A DNA stretch of 64,000 bases from an uncultured Acidimicrobiia bacterium (lineage in GTDB: Bacteria; Actinomycetota; Acidimicrobiia; Spongiisociales; UBA11373), in NCBI GenBank assembly GCA_964633975.1, contig CAZWKX010000005.1, positions 2,815 to 66,814 of the forward strand, written 5' to 3'. This document shows, piece after piece, positions 28,524 to 42,304 of this stretch. The translations under genes and the position numbers were made by a program. Numbering within the stretch: the stretch's first letter is position 1; the number at the start of each line of letters is the position of its first letter. The notes under the pieces are model-generated. The model was not told where the DNA came from, ran no database searches, and was given only the letters and a program-made list of their open reading frames with translations.

Positions 28524-29453
28524 CTACCCCACGACGATGACGCGTCCCACCCCAGACTCCACGTAGTCATCGCCGTAGGCCTCGGCGAACATAACGATGG
28601 CCTCCTCGCCGGTGCAGTGGCTGGGGCCCACCTGCTGAACACCGAGATCCCGGAGCTCGGAGATGAGACTCGCAATCTCATCCGGCGCGGTGCTGAGGAG
28701 GTGAAAGCCGCCCAGCGCTAGAGCGGTACCCTCCCCGGTGACCTCTTGCGCCCGGCGCACCATCGCCGCGATGCCGGGGTGTGAGCAGCCGGCGACGACC
28801 ACATTGCCTTGATCGGTGTCCACCACAAGCGCTTGCTCGATGATGCCCGAGCCCAGCTCACCAGTGGTGAAGATGCCGGGGACGATCTCGACCGGATCGG
28901 TGACATCGACCACCGTGGTGAGAGCTGCCACGGGATCCCTTATCGCCGCACTGAAGGACGCCGGCATGTACACGGCCGGCGTGATACCGGTCTCCTGCAG
29001 CAGGCCCAGCAGCCCGCCGGTGTGGTCGTGGTGATGGTGAGACAGCACGATGACGTCGATGGCATCGACGTCCACACCCAAAAGCCCCATGTTGTTCATG
29101 AGGATGGCGGCATCGGCCCCCGTGTCGAAGAGCACAACGCGGTCGCCGTACTCGATGTAAGCAGCAAACCCCCAGTCGCCGGTCAACCGTTCGTCGTACA
29201 CGACGTTGTCGTAGACGATCGTGATTCGGACGCTGGGCTCCTCGATCGGCTCGATTGGTGCAGCGGTCGTAGCAGTGGCCACGGGCCAGGTGGTGGCAGT
29301 GGTAGCGGCGACGGGGCCCACAGTGCTCGACGTTGCGACCGTGACCGGCGTGGTGGATCCTGCCGCATCGGTGCCGCCACATGAGGTCGCCAAGAGGGCG
29401 ATCAGTGTGGCAGCCGGGGCGACACAAGGGCGAGCGGAGCGCCTGGTGTCCAT
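28524..29453 (-). CDS. MBL-fold metallo-hydrolase lipoprotein
   Basis: Lipobox LATSC after signal peptide, Thr/Ala-rich linker, HHHHDHTGG metal-binding motif; start ATG 29451-53. The track ORF extension reads through the tRNA. Confidence 0.8.
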   Translation of the reverse strand: MDTRRSARPCVAPAATLIALLATSCGGTDAAGSTTPVTVATSSTVGPVAATTATTWPVATATTAAPIEPIEEPSVRITIVYDNVVYDERLTGDWGFAAYIEYGDRVVLFDTGADAAILMNNMGLLGVDVDAIDVIVLSHHHHDHTGGLLGLLQETGITPAVYMPASFSAAIRDPVAALTTVVDVTDPVEIVPGIFTTGELGSGIIEQALVVDTDQGNVVVAGCSHPGIAAMVRRAQEVTGEGTALALGGFHLLSTAPDEIASLISELRDLGVQQVGPSHCTGEEAIVMFAEAYGDDYVESGVGRVIVVG

Positions 29454-29536
29454 GGAGCCGGAGCCTAGTTGCTCCAATCGCTCATTCTGGTGGGGCCGCC
29501 ATTCGCAAGAGCCCAGTCGGCGCGGGGCCTTGTCGG

Positions 29537-29611
29537 TCGGGCTGGCCGGATTTGAACCGGCGACCTCTTGACCCCCAGTCAAGCGCGCTAACCAAGCTGC
29601 GCCACAGCCCG
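29537..29611 (-). tRNA. tRNA-Pro (anticodon GGG)
   Basis: 75-nt cloverleaf CGGGCUG/CAGCCCG acceptor, GCGC D-stem, CUUGA-CUGGGGG-UCAAG anticodon arm, GCCGG-UUCAAAU-CCGGC T-arm; CCA not encoded. Confidence 0.9.
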
Positions 29612-29622
29612 GAGCCGCCATT

Positions 29623-30963
29623 CTATCGCTGCTCGTCCATCGCCTCCGGCGAGCCCCGTTTCCGAGAGCGTGTCAGCAGCCGGACCGGGGAGCCGGTGAA
29701 CTCGTACTCGGCGCGAAGCCGGTTCTCCAGGTAGCGCAGATAGTCGGGGCCCAACTCGCCGCCCCGCACGAAGAGCACGATGGCGGCCGGCTCGGTGCCG
29801 GCCTGCACCGCGTACAGCACGCGGGCCCGCTTCCCCTTGCGCACCGGGGGCGGGTGCGCCTCCTGCCATGCGCGGATCCTCCGATTCAGCTCGGGAGTCG
29901 GGATGCGGGAGCGACGCGCCTCAAGCACCGTGCGCACCGCCGCCGGCAGCCGCTTCAGTCGCGCCCCCGTGAGCGCGGAAAGGCGCAAGACGGGAGCCCA
30001 GCCCACAAAGGCGAGCCGGTCGCCGACACCGTCCTCCGTGGCCGCCTTCTGCTCCGGACCGGCGGCATCCCACTTGTTGAGCAGAACGATGAGCCCCGCG
30101 CCGGAAGCCACAACCTCCTCGGCGAGGCGCTGCTCCTGATGGGTCACACCTGCCACCGCGTCGACCATCAGAAGGACGATGTCGGACACAGCCAGGGCCT
30201 GGCGCGCCCGCTCCACTGAATAGCGCTCGGTGGCCTCGTCGACCCGCGCCGGCCGGCGAATGCCTGCAGTGTCGTAGACCCGAAACGGCTCCCCGTCGAG
30301 TTCAACTACGGCGTCGATGGCGTCGCGGGTGGTGCCGGGCTCCGGTGACACCAGCACGCGCTCTTCTCCCAGCAGCCGGTTCAGCAAGGTTGACTTGCCC
30401 ACGTTGGGACGTCCCAAAATGGCGAGAGTGGCCAGACTCTCCTCTCCGGGCCCCCCTTCGCCACCTTCGGGCAACAGGGCCACCAGATCGTCGAGCAGGT
30501 CGCCTGTGCCCCGGCCGTGGAGTGCGCTGATCGGGTGCGGCTCGCCCAGGCCCAGGGACCACAGCGGGCCCAGCTCCAGATCCACCTTGGGGCTGTCGGC
30601 CTTGTTCCCGGCCAGAAGAGTCGGCACCCCGGACCGCTGCACCAGCCGGGCGACGGCCAGATCATCCTCGCTGAAAGCGGCCGTGGCATCTGCAACAAAC
30701 ACCACTACGTCGGCCGCCGACACCGCGGCTTCGGCCTGCTGGCGGATGCCCCCGGTGAGCTCGTCCCCACTCACCGCCCATCCCCCGGTGTCCACAACGA
30801 CGAAGTGCCGCCCCGCCCATTCGGCCAGGAACTCCTTGCGATCGCGGGTGACACCGGGCTTCTCCTCGACCACGGCGGCACGTCGGCGCAGAAAGCGGTT
30901 GACCAGCGTGGACTTGCCTACGTTGGGACGGCCCACCACGGCGACGACGGGAAAGCGGCTCAT
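29623..30963 (-). CDS. der: ribosome biogenesis GTPase Der (EngA)
   Basis: Two tandem GTPase domains (GRPNVGKST … GRPNVGKSTL) plus KH-like C-terminus. Confidence 0.95.
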   Translation of the reverse strand: MSRFPVVAVVGRPNVGKSTLVNRFLRRRAAVVEEKPGVTRDRKEFLAEWAGRHFVVVDTGGWAVSGDELTGGIRQQAEAAVSAADVVVFVADATAAFSEDDLAVARLVQRSGVPTLLAGNKADSPKVDLELGPLWSLGLGEPHPISALHGRGTGDLLDDLVALLPEGGEGGPGEESLATLAILGRPNVGKSTLLNRLLGEERVLVSPEPGTTRDAIDAVVELDGEPFRVYDTAGIRRPARVDEATERYSVERARQALAVSDIVLLMVDAVAGVTHQEQRLAEEVVASGAGLIVLLNKWDAAGPEQKAATEDGVGDRLAFVGWAPVLRLSALTGARLKRLPAAVRTVLEARRSRIPTPELNRRIRAWQEAHPPPVRKGKRARVLYAVQAGTEPAAIVLFVRGGELGPDYLRYLENRLRAEYEFTGSPVRLLTRSRKRGSPEAMDEQR

Positions 30964-31019
30964 GTTCGTCGATTATGCCCGGCTCGGGTTGATGTCGGCC
31001 GCTACCTACCATTCCGGAG

Positions 31020-32063
31020 ATGGTCGACAAGGTGCTCCTCGCCGAGCCACGCGGGTTCTGCGCCGGCGTCGAGATGGCCATCAAGGCCCTGTCCTGGATG
31101 GTTCACATCTTCGAGCCGCCGGTCTACTGCTATCACGAGATCGTGCACAACACGGCCGTGGTCGCCATGTTCGAGCGGGCCGGCGTGGTCTTCGTGAACG
31201 ATGTCGACCAGATTCCCCCCGGTTCGCCGATCATGCTTTCGGCCCACGGATCCTCTCCAAGCGCCGTGAGGTCGGCCGCCGAGCGCGGCGCGGTGATGAT
31301 CGACGCCGTGTGCCCCCTGGTCACCAAGGTCCACCACGAGGTGAAGCGCCTCGCCGACGACGGCTACGACATCCTCTACGTGGGCCACCAAGGCCACGAC
31401 GAGGCGCTAGGCACGATCGCCGAGGCGCCCGGTGCGGTGACGCTCGTGGAGCCCGGGCAACGGATCGGCCGCTTCGAACCCGCCGACCCGGCTCGGGTGG
31501 CGCTCCTGGCCCAAACCACGCTTGCCATGAGCGAGTGGCGCCAGGCGCTCGCCGACGCCTCCAAACGTTTCCCCGCCCTCTGGACCGCCCGCAAGGCCGA
31601 CCTCTGCTACGCGACGACGAACCGTCAAGCTGCCGTCGAGGTCCTGGCCGAGCGATCGGACCTCGTGCTGGTCGTCGGCAGCGCCACCTCATCGAACACC
31701 GCAGCGCTGGTCCGCGTGGCGCGAGGGGCCGGCGCAGACGCCCACAGGGTCGACGGCGCCGCCGCTCTACGACCCGATTGGCTCCGCCGGGTCTCGGTCG
31801 TCGGCATCACCGCCGGTGCGTCGGCTCCCGACCGTTCCGTGCGCGACCTGGTCGCGGCGCTCAAGCCGTGCCAAGGCGTCGAGGTGGTCCAGGTCACCGA
31901 CGAGGCCGAGTACTTCCCTCCGCCACCACAGTTGCGGCGCTTCATCGCCGCGCTACAGGCGGCGACGGAGGCCGGCTCGACGGCGCGGAAGCCCGGCCGG
32001 CCCGGCCCACTGGATGACGATCGGGCTTGGGATGCCGCCCGGGCTCTCGATCTCTTCGGCTAG
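31020..32063 (+). CDS. ispH: 4-hydroxy-3-methylbut-2-enyl diphosphate reductase
   Basis: LAEPRGFCAGVEMAI … SAHG … conserved Cys/His ligands. Confidence 0.95.
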   Translation: MVDKVLLAEPRGFCAGVEMAIKALSWMVHIFEPPVYCYHEIVHNTAVVAMFERAGVVFVNDVDQIPPGSPIMLSAHGSSPSAVRSAAERGAVMIDAVCPLVTKVHHEVKRLADDGYDILYVGHQGHDEALGTIAEAPGAVTLVEPGQRIGRFEPADPARVALLAQTTLAMSEWRQALADASKRFPALWTARKADLCYATTNRQAAVEVLAERSDLVLVVGSATSSNTAALVRVARGAGADAHRVDGAAALRPDWLRRVSVVGITAGASAPDRSVRDLVAALKPCQGVEVVQVTDEAEYFPPPPQLRRFIAALQAATEAGSTARKPGRPGPLDDDRAWDAARALDLFG

Positions 32064-32704
32064 GCGTCCGAGGCCAACGCCAGCACCAGGGCCATGACTT
32101 CGTCGATCCCCAGAGCCGACGTGTCGATGATCACCGCGTCGTCGGCGGGCTTCAGCGGCGAGGCGGCCCGAGTCGAGTCGATCTCGTCGCGGTACTCCAG
32201 CTGGGCGGCAACGGCGGCCAGATCCTGACCTGCAGCCTCCGGATCCAGAGCACGGCGCCTGGTCCTGGTCTCGGCGTCCGCAGTGAGGTACACCTTCACT
32301 TCGGCGTCGGGGAAGACCACGGTTCCGATGTCCCGGCCCACGACCACGGCATGACCCCGGTGTCGCGCCACCCAGGCCCTTTGCCACTCGACGGCCCAGC
32401 GCCGCAGATCGGGCAGCGCCGATATCGGGCTCACCAGGGCGTTGACCTCGGGAGTGCGGATCGCTTCCGACACGTCCTCCCCGTCGAGCGAGGTGACCTC
32501 GTCCTCGTACTCGAAGCAGGAGCCCGCGGCAATAGCCAGCACGGCCGCGGCGTCCTGTGGATCGCAGCCGCTTCGAAGGACTCCAAGGGTGACGGCACGA
32601 TAGAGCGCCCCGGTGTCGATGTACGCCGCGCCCACGGCGGCGGCCACCGCCCTGGCAACGGTGCTCTTACCCACTCCGCTGGGACCGTCTACGGCGATGA
32701 CCAC
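32060..32704 (-). CDS. cmk: cytidylate kinase
   Basis: P-loop IAVDGPSGVGKST; 214 aa. Confidence 0.9.
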   Translation of the reverse strand: MVIAVDGPSGVGKSTVARAVAAAVGAAYIDTGALYRAVTLGVLRSGCDPQDAAAVLAIAAGSCFEYEDEVTSLDGEDVSEAIRTPEVNALVSPISALPDLRRWAVEWQRAWVARHRGHAVVVGRDIGTVVFPDAEVKVYLTADAETRTRRRALDPEAAGQDLAAVAAQLEYRDEIDSTRAASPLKPADDAVIIDTSALGIDEVMALVLALASDA

Positions 32705-33960
32705 GTCCGCTCCAAGACCGTGGCAAACTCGGGCCAGGACACCGAGCTGGCCTCGAAGCCGCGGATGCTCACCTCACCGTCGCAGGCCACGGCGGCCACC
32801 GCTCCGGCCATGGCGATTCGGTGATCGCCGCGGGCGTCGACCTCTCCCCCATCGAGCTTCGACTTCCCGGTGACGGTGAAGCCTTCCGCCTGCTCCTCTG
32901 CGTCGCCTCCCAGAGCCCTCACCAAGGCAACCGACGCGGCGACACGGTCGGTCTCCTTCACCCGAAGCTCGCCCGCTCCGCTCACGCGGGTCCGCCCATC
33001 TGCGACGGCTGCCAGCACACCGACCAGGGGCAGCTCGTCGAGCGTCCTCACCGCAAGCTCGCCGCCGATCTCGATGCCGTGCAGCCCGGCTCCGGTCACG
33101 CCGACGTCCCCAACCGGGTCCCCGTGCACCTCACCGATGAAGCGGCGCTGTACTCGGGCTCCCATCTGCTCGAGAACGTCCAGGAACCCGGTGCGGCCCG
33201 GGTTCAGCGTCACCGTGCGCACCGCCACCTCGGCCCCGGGCCGGAGCGCGGCTGCGGCAAGCAGAAACGCCGCCGAAGAGAGGTCGCCCGGGATCGGGTA
33301 CTCCGCTGGAGGCAGGGGCCCGGGGTCGATCTCTATCGACGTCTCCGAGCGACGGCCGGCCCGGCCCAGGCTCACCAGCCACCGCTCGGTGTGATCGCGG
33401 AAGCCGGCCGGCGAATCGATCGTAGATCTGCCTTCGGCCTGCACTGCGGCAAGGGCTACCGCGCTGCGCACCTGTGCCGAGGCGATGGGCACATGGACGT
33501 GGGCGCCGTGCAGCGCTCCCCCGCCCACGGTGACCGGCGGCGTGCCGTCCGGCCCGATGTCGACCGAAGCCCCGAGAGCCCCCAGCGGCTCGGCGATCCT
33601 GCGCATGGGACGCACCATCAGCGAGCTATCGCCCACGAGGGTGCTCTTGAACGGACGCCCGGCCAGAGCGCCGGCCAGGAGGCGCATCGTCGTGCCCGAG
33701 TTGCCGGCATCCAGCGCCTTCTTAGAAGGCGTCCACGCACAGACTCCCGGCGAGTCCACCGTGTCGCCGTCGAAACCGACCCCCAGGGCCTCGAGACACC
33801 GGCGGGTGGCGGCGACATCGTCTCCGGTCCCCAGCCCGATCACTCGACTCCGCCCCGCCGCCATGCCGGCGAAGATGAGGGCGCGGTGTGACAGCGATTT
33901 GTCCCCGGGCACCCGAAGGCTGGCGCGGAATGCCGTGCCGGGAGCACGGAAGGTCGTCAC
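32689..33960 (-). CDS. aroA: 3-phosphoshikimate 1-carboxyvinyltransferase (EPSP synthase)
   Basis: LRVPGDKSLSHRALIFA N-terminal signature; start taken as GTG 33958-60 (TTG 33999 also possible). Confidence 0.9.
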   Translation of the reverse strand: MTTFRAPGTAFRASLRVPGDKSLSHRALIFAGMAAGRSRVIGLGTGDDVAATRRCLEALGVGFDGDTVDSPGVCAWTPSKKALDAGNSGTTMRLLAGALAGRPFKSTLVGDSSLMVRPMRRIAEPLGALGASVDIGPDGTPPVTVGGGALHGAHVHVPIASAQVRSAVALAAVQAEGRSTIDSPAGFRDHTERWLVSLGRAGRRSETSIEIDPGPLPPAEYPIPGDLSSAAFLLAAAALRPGAEVAVRTVTLNPGRTGFLDVLEQMGARVQRRFIGEVHGDPVGDVGVTGAGLHGIEIGGELAVRTLDELPLVGVLAAVADGRTRVSGAGELRVKETDRVAASVALVRALGGDAEEQAEGFTVTGKSKLDGGEVDARGDHRIAMAGAVAAVACDGEVSIRGFEASSVSWPEFATVLERTWSSP

Positions 33961-33967
33961 GGGCCCA

Positions 33968-34675
33968 TCATCGCACGTACAGCGAGCGGACTTCGGCAAC
34001 CGACAGGCGGCGCCACGTCCCGGGCCGCAGCGATTGATCCCTTATGGGCCCGATCGCCGTCCGAACCAGCTCCCGGACCGGATGGCCCACGGCGTCGAAC
34101 ATCCTGCGGACCTGCCGCTTGCGACCTTCGCCGATGACGATCTCCACCAGCGCCTCGGCGACGTGGCTGTCCAGGAGGCGCGCCTCGGAGGCGTGGGCGG
34201 GGCCGTCTTCCAGCTCGATGCCCCGGACCAGCCGCCGCAGCGTCGCCGCCGACGGCACGCCGGTGACCCTTGCCACGTAGGTCTTGGTCACCCCGTATCG
34301 GGGATGAGTGACCCACTCGGCCAGCTCGCCGTCGTTGGTGAGGATGATGAGGCCTTCGCTGTCGGCGTCGAGTCGCCCCACCGGGTAGACCCTGGCCTCG
34401 GTAGGCACCAAATCGACCACCGTCTGACGGCCCCGCGGGTCGGAGGCGGTGCTCAGCACTCCCGACGGTTTGAAGAGCAAGTAGTGCACCAGACCGGGGC
34501 GCACCGGCAACGGCACCCCATCGACTTCGACGTGAGCCTCATCGACGTCGATCTTCTGTCCGAGATGGGCCGGCTCGGCGTCGACCGTGACCCGGCCGGC
34601 GCGAATCAGATCTTCGGCGGCTCGGCGCGAGCAGAGGCCGGAGTGGGCGATCAGCTTCTGGAGTCGCTCGATGAT
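33968..34675 (-). CDS. rluB: pseudouridine synthase, RluB/RsuA family, with N-terminal S4 domain (non-canonical start)
   Basis: Catalytic region GRLDADSEGLIILTNDGE; S4 domain IIERLQKLIAHSGLCSRRAAEDLIRAGRVTVD encoded upstream of the first canonical start (GTG 34516) with no in-frame ATG/GTG/TTG; ATC-ATC at 34670-75 follows GGAGGA. Confidence 0.75.
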   Translation of the reverse strand: MIERLQKLIAHSGLCSRRAAEDLIRAGRVTVDAEPAHLGQKIDVDEAHVEVDGVPLPVRPGLVHYLLFKPSGVLSTASDPRGRQTVVDLVPTEARVYPVGRLDADSEGLIILTNDGELAEWVTHPRYGVTKTYVARVTGVPSAATLRRLVRGIELEDGPAHASEARLLDSHVAEALVEIVIGEGRKRQVRRMFDAVGHPVRELVRTAIGPIRDQSLRPGTWRRLSVAEVRSLYVR

Positions 34676-35241
34676 TCCTCCGGGCGGAAGGGCTGCTCCA
34701 GCACATCGACCATGTCGGCGGGCGGCACGTGGTCGGCGAGAGGGGGCAGCTCTTCCAGGGACCTGAGCCCCAGCTTCTCGAGGAACAGCGCCGTCGTGCC
34801 GTACAGGATGGCCTGCCCCGGGCCCGGCGCCCGTCCCACGGCATCGATGAGGCCGCGGCGCTCCAAGGTGCCCAGAGCGTGATCGGAGTCCACTCCTCGA
34901 ATCTCCGAAACCTGCGCTCGCGAGACGGGCTGCCGGTACGCCACCACCGACAACGTCTCGAGCGCCGCCTTGGACAGGCGGGACGCGGTTGCCGTGGTGG
35001 CGAAACGTTCGAGGAAGGGACGCAGATCGGGTCGGGTGTACAGACGCCAGCCTGCGCCCATCTCCTTGAGCACCAGCCCGGATTCCCTTTCCTCCAGGCG
35101 CCGCCCGAGCGCCGCCAGCGCCTCCTCGACGGTGACGGCCGGGACTTCGAGCACCTCTGCGATCTCCCGCACCGGCACCGGCTCCTCAGCCACGAAGAGA
35201 ACGGCTTCTACGGCCGCCAGGAGATCGTTCACCTCTGCCAT
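34651..35241 (-). CDS. scpB: segregation and condensation protein B
   Basis: Tandem winged-helix ScpB motifs; 196 aa. Confidence 0.85.
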   Translation of the reverse strand: MAEVNDLLAAVEAVLFVAEEPVPVREIAEVLEVPAVTVEEALAALGRRLEERESGLVLKEMGAGWRLYTRPDLRPFLERFATTATASRLSKAALETLSVVAYRQPVSRAQVSEIRGVDSDHALGTLERRGLIDAVGRAPGPGQAILYGTTALFLEKLGLRSLEELPPLADHVPPADMVDVLEQPFRPEESSSDSRS

Positions 35242-35987
35242 TCGCTCACCAGCCGAGTGTCGGCATCCTTGACGTGCTCGATGACGATCGCCGCCTCTGA
35301 GTTCTTCTGGCTCGCCCTCAGGAGGCCCCAGCGAGCCAATTCGAGCACGGCAAGGAAATAGGCCACCACCTCGACGGATCGCTGCAAGTGCGCCGTGAGC
35401 CGGTCGAAATCCGTCGACACTTCGGCCGACACTCGGGAGCGGATATCCTCGATGGCGGCACTCACCGACGGCAGCTCCAGGTCTAGGTGGTCGAGATCGG
35501 GATCACGACGGCGGCGGAACAGGCCCTTGGCCACGGCGGCGATCTCGTCGGCTCCGACCGCCAGCCGAACCTCCGGCGGCAGAGAGTCGATGCCGGGATC
35601 GAACCCAACGTACCGGCCCACGAACCGACTCGTCGCTTCCATACGATGGGCCAGCACGGCGGCGACGTCCTTGTAAGTGAGGCAGGCGAGCAGCCGGCTG
35701 AGCAACCGATCGCGCGCCTCGGCGAGGGCCAGCTCTTCGTCCAGATCGATCTCGGCGTCTCCGGGCAAGAGGCGGCGAGCCTTGAGCTGGATGAGGGTAG
35801 CGGCGATGAGCAGAAACTCGCTCGTTACCTCGAGGTCGAGCTGGCGCATGGCGTCGAGGTGCCGCAGGTACTCGGTGACGAGGTCGGCGAGGCTCAGCTC
35901 CGTGATCTCCACTTGGCGCGCCGTGATGAGCTGGAGGAGAAGGTCGAGTGGACCTTCGAAGACGGCGGTCTTGACGTCGTAGCTCAT
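35229..35987 (-). CDS. scpA: segregation and condensation protein A
   Basis: ScpA kleisin N-terminus (FEGPLDLLLQLI…); start at ATG 35985-87, not the 391-aa track ORF. Confidence 0.85.
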   Translation of the reverse strand: MSYDVKTAVFEGPLDLLLQLITARQVEITELSLADLVTEYLRHLDAMRQLDLEVTSEFLLIAATLIQLKARRLLPGDAEIDLDEELALAEARDRLLSRLLACLTYKDVAAVLAHRMEATSRFVGRYVGFDPGIDSLPPEVRLAVGADEIAAVAKGLFRRRRDPDLDHLDLELPSVSAAIEDIRSRVSAEVSTDFDRLTAHLQRSVEVVAYFLAVLELARWGLLRASQKNSEAAIVIEHVKDADTRLVSEWQR

Positions 35988-36027
35988 CGGCCCATCGTAT
36001 TGCCGCCGCGGCCCGGGGCCCGCCTTT

Positions 36028-36504
36028 TCATCGCTCGTCCGCCCGGCAGAGCAGGTCCCAATCCGCGACCTCGATGCCGGCCGGGCGGCTGCGATGGTGG
36101 TGGCGAGCGAAGGACACCACGAGGTTCTCGGCGCCACCGCTCTCGAGTTCCTCCGCGCCGATGGGCCCGTGCTCGAGATAGGTGCGCAAGCGCCCGCCCG
36201 CGGGCAGGTGCAGCAGCCGCAGGCCCGACGCCATCGTACGGCCCAGCACGCCCAGGCGGGCACGGTTCTTGCCCACGTCGTGGAGCAGTGCGGCTCGTGC
36301 CAGATCACTGCGCCCGGGTGCTTCTTCCAGCACGAAGCGAGCGCAGTCGAGTGCATGGCGCTGATCAGCCGGCGACTGGCGCCAGAACAGCGACGCATCG
36401 GCATCTCGGAGCAGCGGCGCCACCTCGGCTTGCTCCGACGGCGACAGCGACCGCGCCCGCAGCGACTCGAAGAAGCGGCACGCCAGGTGGGTCAAACGCG
36501 CCAT
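36028..36504 (-). CDS. HD-domain phosphohydrolase-like protein
   Basis: LLHDVGK metal-binding motif; start ATG 36502-04 shares a nucleotide with the M50 stop (TGATG). Confidence 0.55.
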   Translation of the reverse strand: MARLTHLACRFFESLRARSLSPSEQAEVAPLLRDADASLFWRQSPADQRHALDCARFVLEEAPGRSDLARAALLHDVGKNRARLGVLGRTMASGLRLLHLPAGGRLRTYLEHGPIGAEELESGGAENLVVSFARHHHRSRPAGIEVADWDLLCRADER

Positions 36505-37190
36505 CACAGGAAAGCCCTCATCAACCAGCCGACCGCGTCGGAGATGAAGCCGAGCCTGCCCTGGAACACGATGAAGATGAGCCCGAACAGGATGAGGAAG
36601 CCGTACTGGGAGATCTGGTGGAAAACCTGCCTGCCCTTCTCGGGAAGAACGAGCGGGAGCAGCTTGCTGCCGTCGAGGGGCGGGATCGGCAGCACGTTGA
36701 AGATGGCGAGCACGATGTTGATGACGGCGAAACCGAGCAGCACCTTGGCCCATACGCTGACCGTGGTCATGCCAATCCCCAGAGCCGGATACCAGTAGGA
36801 CACACCGGCGGGAGGGTGCGCATAGGCGTCGAAGAACGGACCGACCTGGAGAGCGACGATCCCCAGCACCAGGTTCGTCGCCGGCCCGGCCAGGGCCACC
36901 AGGGCCATCGTCGGGACGGGGCGACGGAAGTACGACGGATTGACCGGCACCGGCTTAGCCCACCCGAACACGGGCTGGCCGGCAAGGGCCAGCGCGCCGG
37001 GTATCAGCAGAGACCCGATGGGGTCAACGTGCGGGATTGGATCGAGGGTGATGCGGCCGGCTTGTCGCGCCGTCGGATCCCCAAACCGCTCCGCCACCCA
37101 TCCGTGGGCCACCTCGTGCAGGATGACGCTGGGCAACAGGATCAAAAGGAAGAGGACGAGGTCGGCCAGAACGTTGCCGGAGATCTCCAT
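36504..37190 (-). CDS. site-2 protease family (M50) membrane metalloprotease
   Basis: HEVAHG (HExxH) in TM1; LDG motif (PLDGSK); 6 TM helices. Confidence 0.85.
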   Translation of the reverse strand: MEISGNVLADLVLFLLILLPSVILHEVAHGWVAERFGDPTARQAGRITLDPIPHVDPIGSLLIPGALALAGQPVFGWAKPVPVNPSYFRRPVPTMALVALAGPATNLVLGIVALQVGPFFDAYAHPPAGVSYWYPALGIGMTTVSVWAKVLLGFAVINIVLAIFNVLPIPPLDGSKLLPLVLPEKGRQVFHQISQYGFLILFGLIFIVFQGRLGFISDAVGWLMRAFL

Positions 37191-37214
37191 CAGGCGCGAG
37201 ACTCGACCACGAGC

Positions 37215-37568
37215 TCAGGACGAGTTCTTGTTCTTGCAGTCCACACAGAGCGTCGACTCGGGCCGGAACTCGAGGCGGGCTGCACCGATCTCATTGCCGC
37301 AGCTACTGCAAGTCCCGTAGGTGCCGTCTTCAATTCGGCGCAGCGCAATATCGACGTCTTCGAGCGTGCTCCTGAGCGAGTCGATGAGGCCGAGCACCTC
37401 GGTGCGCTCGGCGGTGGCCGCGGCGGCGTCGGCGAATCCCTCGCCGAAGTCGTAGTCGCTGCGGAGCTCGCCCGTCTCCGTTGCACCCAGCTCGGCGAGC
37501 TGGTGCACAAGATTCTCCCGTTCCTCTCGGAGACGGGATTCGGCCTCACTCGTGGAGAATGTGTTCAT
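37215..37568 (-). CDS. TraR/DksA-family C4 zinc-finger protein
   Basis: C-terminal CSSCGNEI…CVDC four-Cys finger after a coiled-coil region. Confidence 0.7.
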   Translation of the reverse strand: MNTFSTSEAESRLREERENLVHQLAELGATETGELRSDYDFGEGFADAAAATAERTEVLGLIDSLRSTLEDVDIALRRIEDGTYGTCSSCGNEIGAARLEFRPESTLCVDCKNKNSS

Positions 37569-37577
37569 ATCCCGATC

Positions 37578-38443
37578 TCAGCTGCGCGGATGACAGGCGG
37601 CATAAACCTCTAGGAGGCGGCCTGGAGACACTCGTGTGTAGACCTGTGTCGTACTGATGCTAGCGTGCCCGAGCAGCTCTTGGACGGATCTCAGGTCGGC
37701 TCCCCCTTCCACCAAGTGCGTCGCCGCGGAGTGCCGAAGCACGTGCGGAGACACGCTATCGACCGGAAGACCGGCCCTCCGGGCTTGGCGGCGCACGATG
37801 GTCCAGACCCCTTGGCGGGTAAGGCGCCCGCCGCGCTGGTTGAGGAAAACCGCACCTGAATCAGCACCCGGCCGGCGCTGCGCCAGGCGATCCGGCAAGT
37901 AGGCCTCGATGGCGGCGCGGGCGTAGCGGCCAAACGGGACCATGCGTTGCTTGTTGCCCTTGCCCGTGAGGATCACACTTCCCGCTTCCAGGTCGAGGTC
38001 GAGCTGATCCAGCGCGGTCACCTCCGACACCCTGGCGCCGGTGGCGTACATGAACTCGAGAAGAGCCCGGTCCCTGCGCCCCATCGCCGTCGAGGCGGCG
38101 GGAGCCTGGAGCAGCAGCTCCACTTCGGCGACGGTCAGGGCCTTGGGAAGGGACCGGGGCAGACGAGGTGTCTCGACGAGCACGGTGGGATCCTCGGAGG
38201 ACAAGCCTTCGGCAACTAGAAAGCGGTGGAAAGTGCGCAGCGCAGCCACCTTGCGAGCAACCGACGACGGTGCCAGCTCCGTGAGCGAGCGGATGAAGCC
38301 CGACACGGAGTCCACATTCGGCTCTCGGCCCTCGAGGTGAGCGGCATATTGGCCTAAATCGCGCCGGTAGGCGGCGATGGTGGCCTCCGAGAGACCGCGC
38401 TCCAGGCGGAGCGCTGAGATGAACTCGGCAATGTGCTCGTCGA

Positions 38444-38447
<4 letters not shown>
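37578..38447 (-). CDS. xerD: site-specific tyrosine recombinase XerD
   Basis: Catalytic R…HxxR…Y (LRHSAATHLVEGGADLRSVQELLGHASISTTQVYT); GTG start 38445-47 overlaps the NUDIX stop (GTGA); conserved pyrG-NUDIX-xerD synteny. Confidence 0.85.

Positions 38448-42296
<3,849 letters not shown>

Positions 42297-42304
<8 letters not shown>

Noticed and set aside
28524-29621. 365-aa track ORF including the N-terminus MAAPGCGAAWLARLTGGQEVAGSNPASPT
   Set aside because: That extension is the translation of tRNA-Pro read in the protein frame (GSNPA from GGTTCAAATCC). The real start is the ATG at 29453 giving a lipoprotein signal peptide.
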